Positions 31,474 to 32,051 of a DNA stretch of 32,051 bases are shown in pieces. A program made the translations under genes and the position numbers. The stretch is from Octopus bimaculoides. Lineage: Eukaryota. The notes under the pieces were generated by a model, which saw only the letters and a list, made by a program, of their open reading frames with translations, ran no database searches and was not told the origin of the DNA. The DNA lies in NCBI RefSeq assembly GCF_001194135.2, contig NC_069008.1:12267035-12299085 (forward strand). The letters are read 5' to 3'. Position 1 is the first letter of the stretch; each line of letters starts with the position of its first letter.

Positions 31474-32014
31474 CTATAATATGAAAATGAGTTAAGATCG
31501 TATGGAGCAGATTTGTGATACACTATATAATATTACGGATAAACAATAATGTTTAACATCGATATAAAAAATAAGAAATTGTGATGAATCTTGATACCAA
31601 TATGATTTCTGATTGGTCGATACACGTGTGTACTGAACAAAATATAAATTGTATCCGTCATCTATGGGCATCTTACATTTCGTTAACTATTTTCTGGTTA
31701 GTGGATTCTATATTATATTTATACTCTGTTGAATAACTTGCCAGTAGTTTTTGTACTGTAGAGTTTTTTTTACACTCCTTTATGAAGACAATATTTATTT
31801 AGGAGGCAGGAGAGTTCGAGCATGTCTGATGTAGAAAACTATTATTTCTTTTTTTATGTTTAGTCTCAGGTGAATTGTGGTGATGTATTTGAACATCTAA
31901 GTAACAGTGGCTGCTATACCCCAGGGGATTTATGGTTTGAACAATGGTACTCTCCAAGAAAACCTGCTGTTTTCTTGTGTCAAAAACGACACAATTTAAT
32001 GGTTTGTAATTGTG

Positions 32015-32017
<3 letters not shown>

Positions 32018-32051
<34 letters not shown>
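32018..32051. repeat. (TA)n microsatellite
   Basis: Dinucleotide run at the window end. Confidence 0.95.

Overview
Eukaryotic, AT-rich and repeat-dense DNA, most likely from a coleoid cephalopod of the Octopus type. That assignment is inferred from the C2H2 zinc-finger (ZF) style ([11 protein letters not shown]...[10 protein letters not shown]) and the tRNA-derived SINE families. The window holds two paralogous minus-strand C2H2 ZF coding exons (7 and 12 fingers) with homologous upstream flanks. It also holds a feature missing from the ORF track: five 72-nt leucine-rich-repeat (LRR) exons on the minus strand (23844-31473). All are flanked by phase-2 introns, splice in frame without stops, and sit in paralogous ~0.4-0.7 kb exon+intron units. 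A probable bidirectional promoter (ETS- and YY1-like motifs) lies at ~20.6-21.3 kb. The rest is transposon debris: several SINE families with swapped modules, RTE, R4/Dong and Penelope retroelement fragments, a Ty3/gypsy gag remnant, mariner and hAT transposase remnants, a piggyBac-type MITE and Helitron-like ends. One 183-bp foldback element has an 8-bp target-site duplication (TSD) and a (TTAGGG)n loop. There are three assembly gaps. All family assignments come from recognising motifs by eye; no database searches were run.
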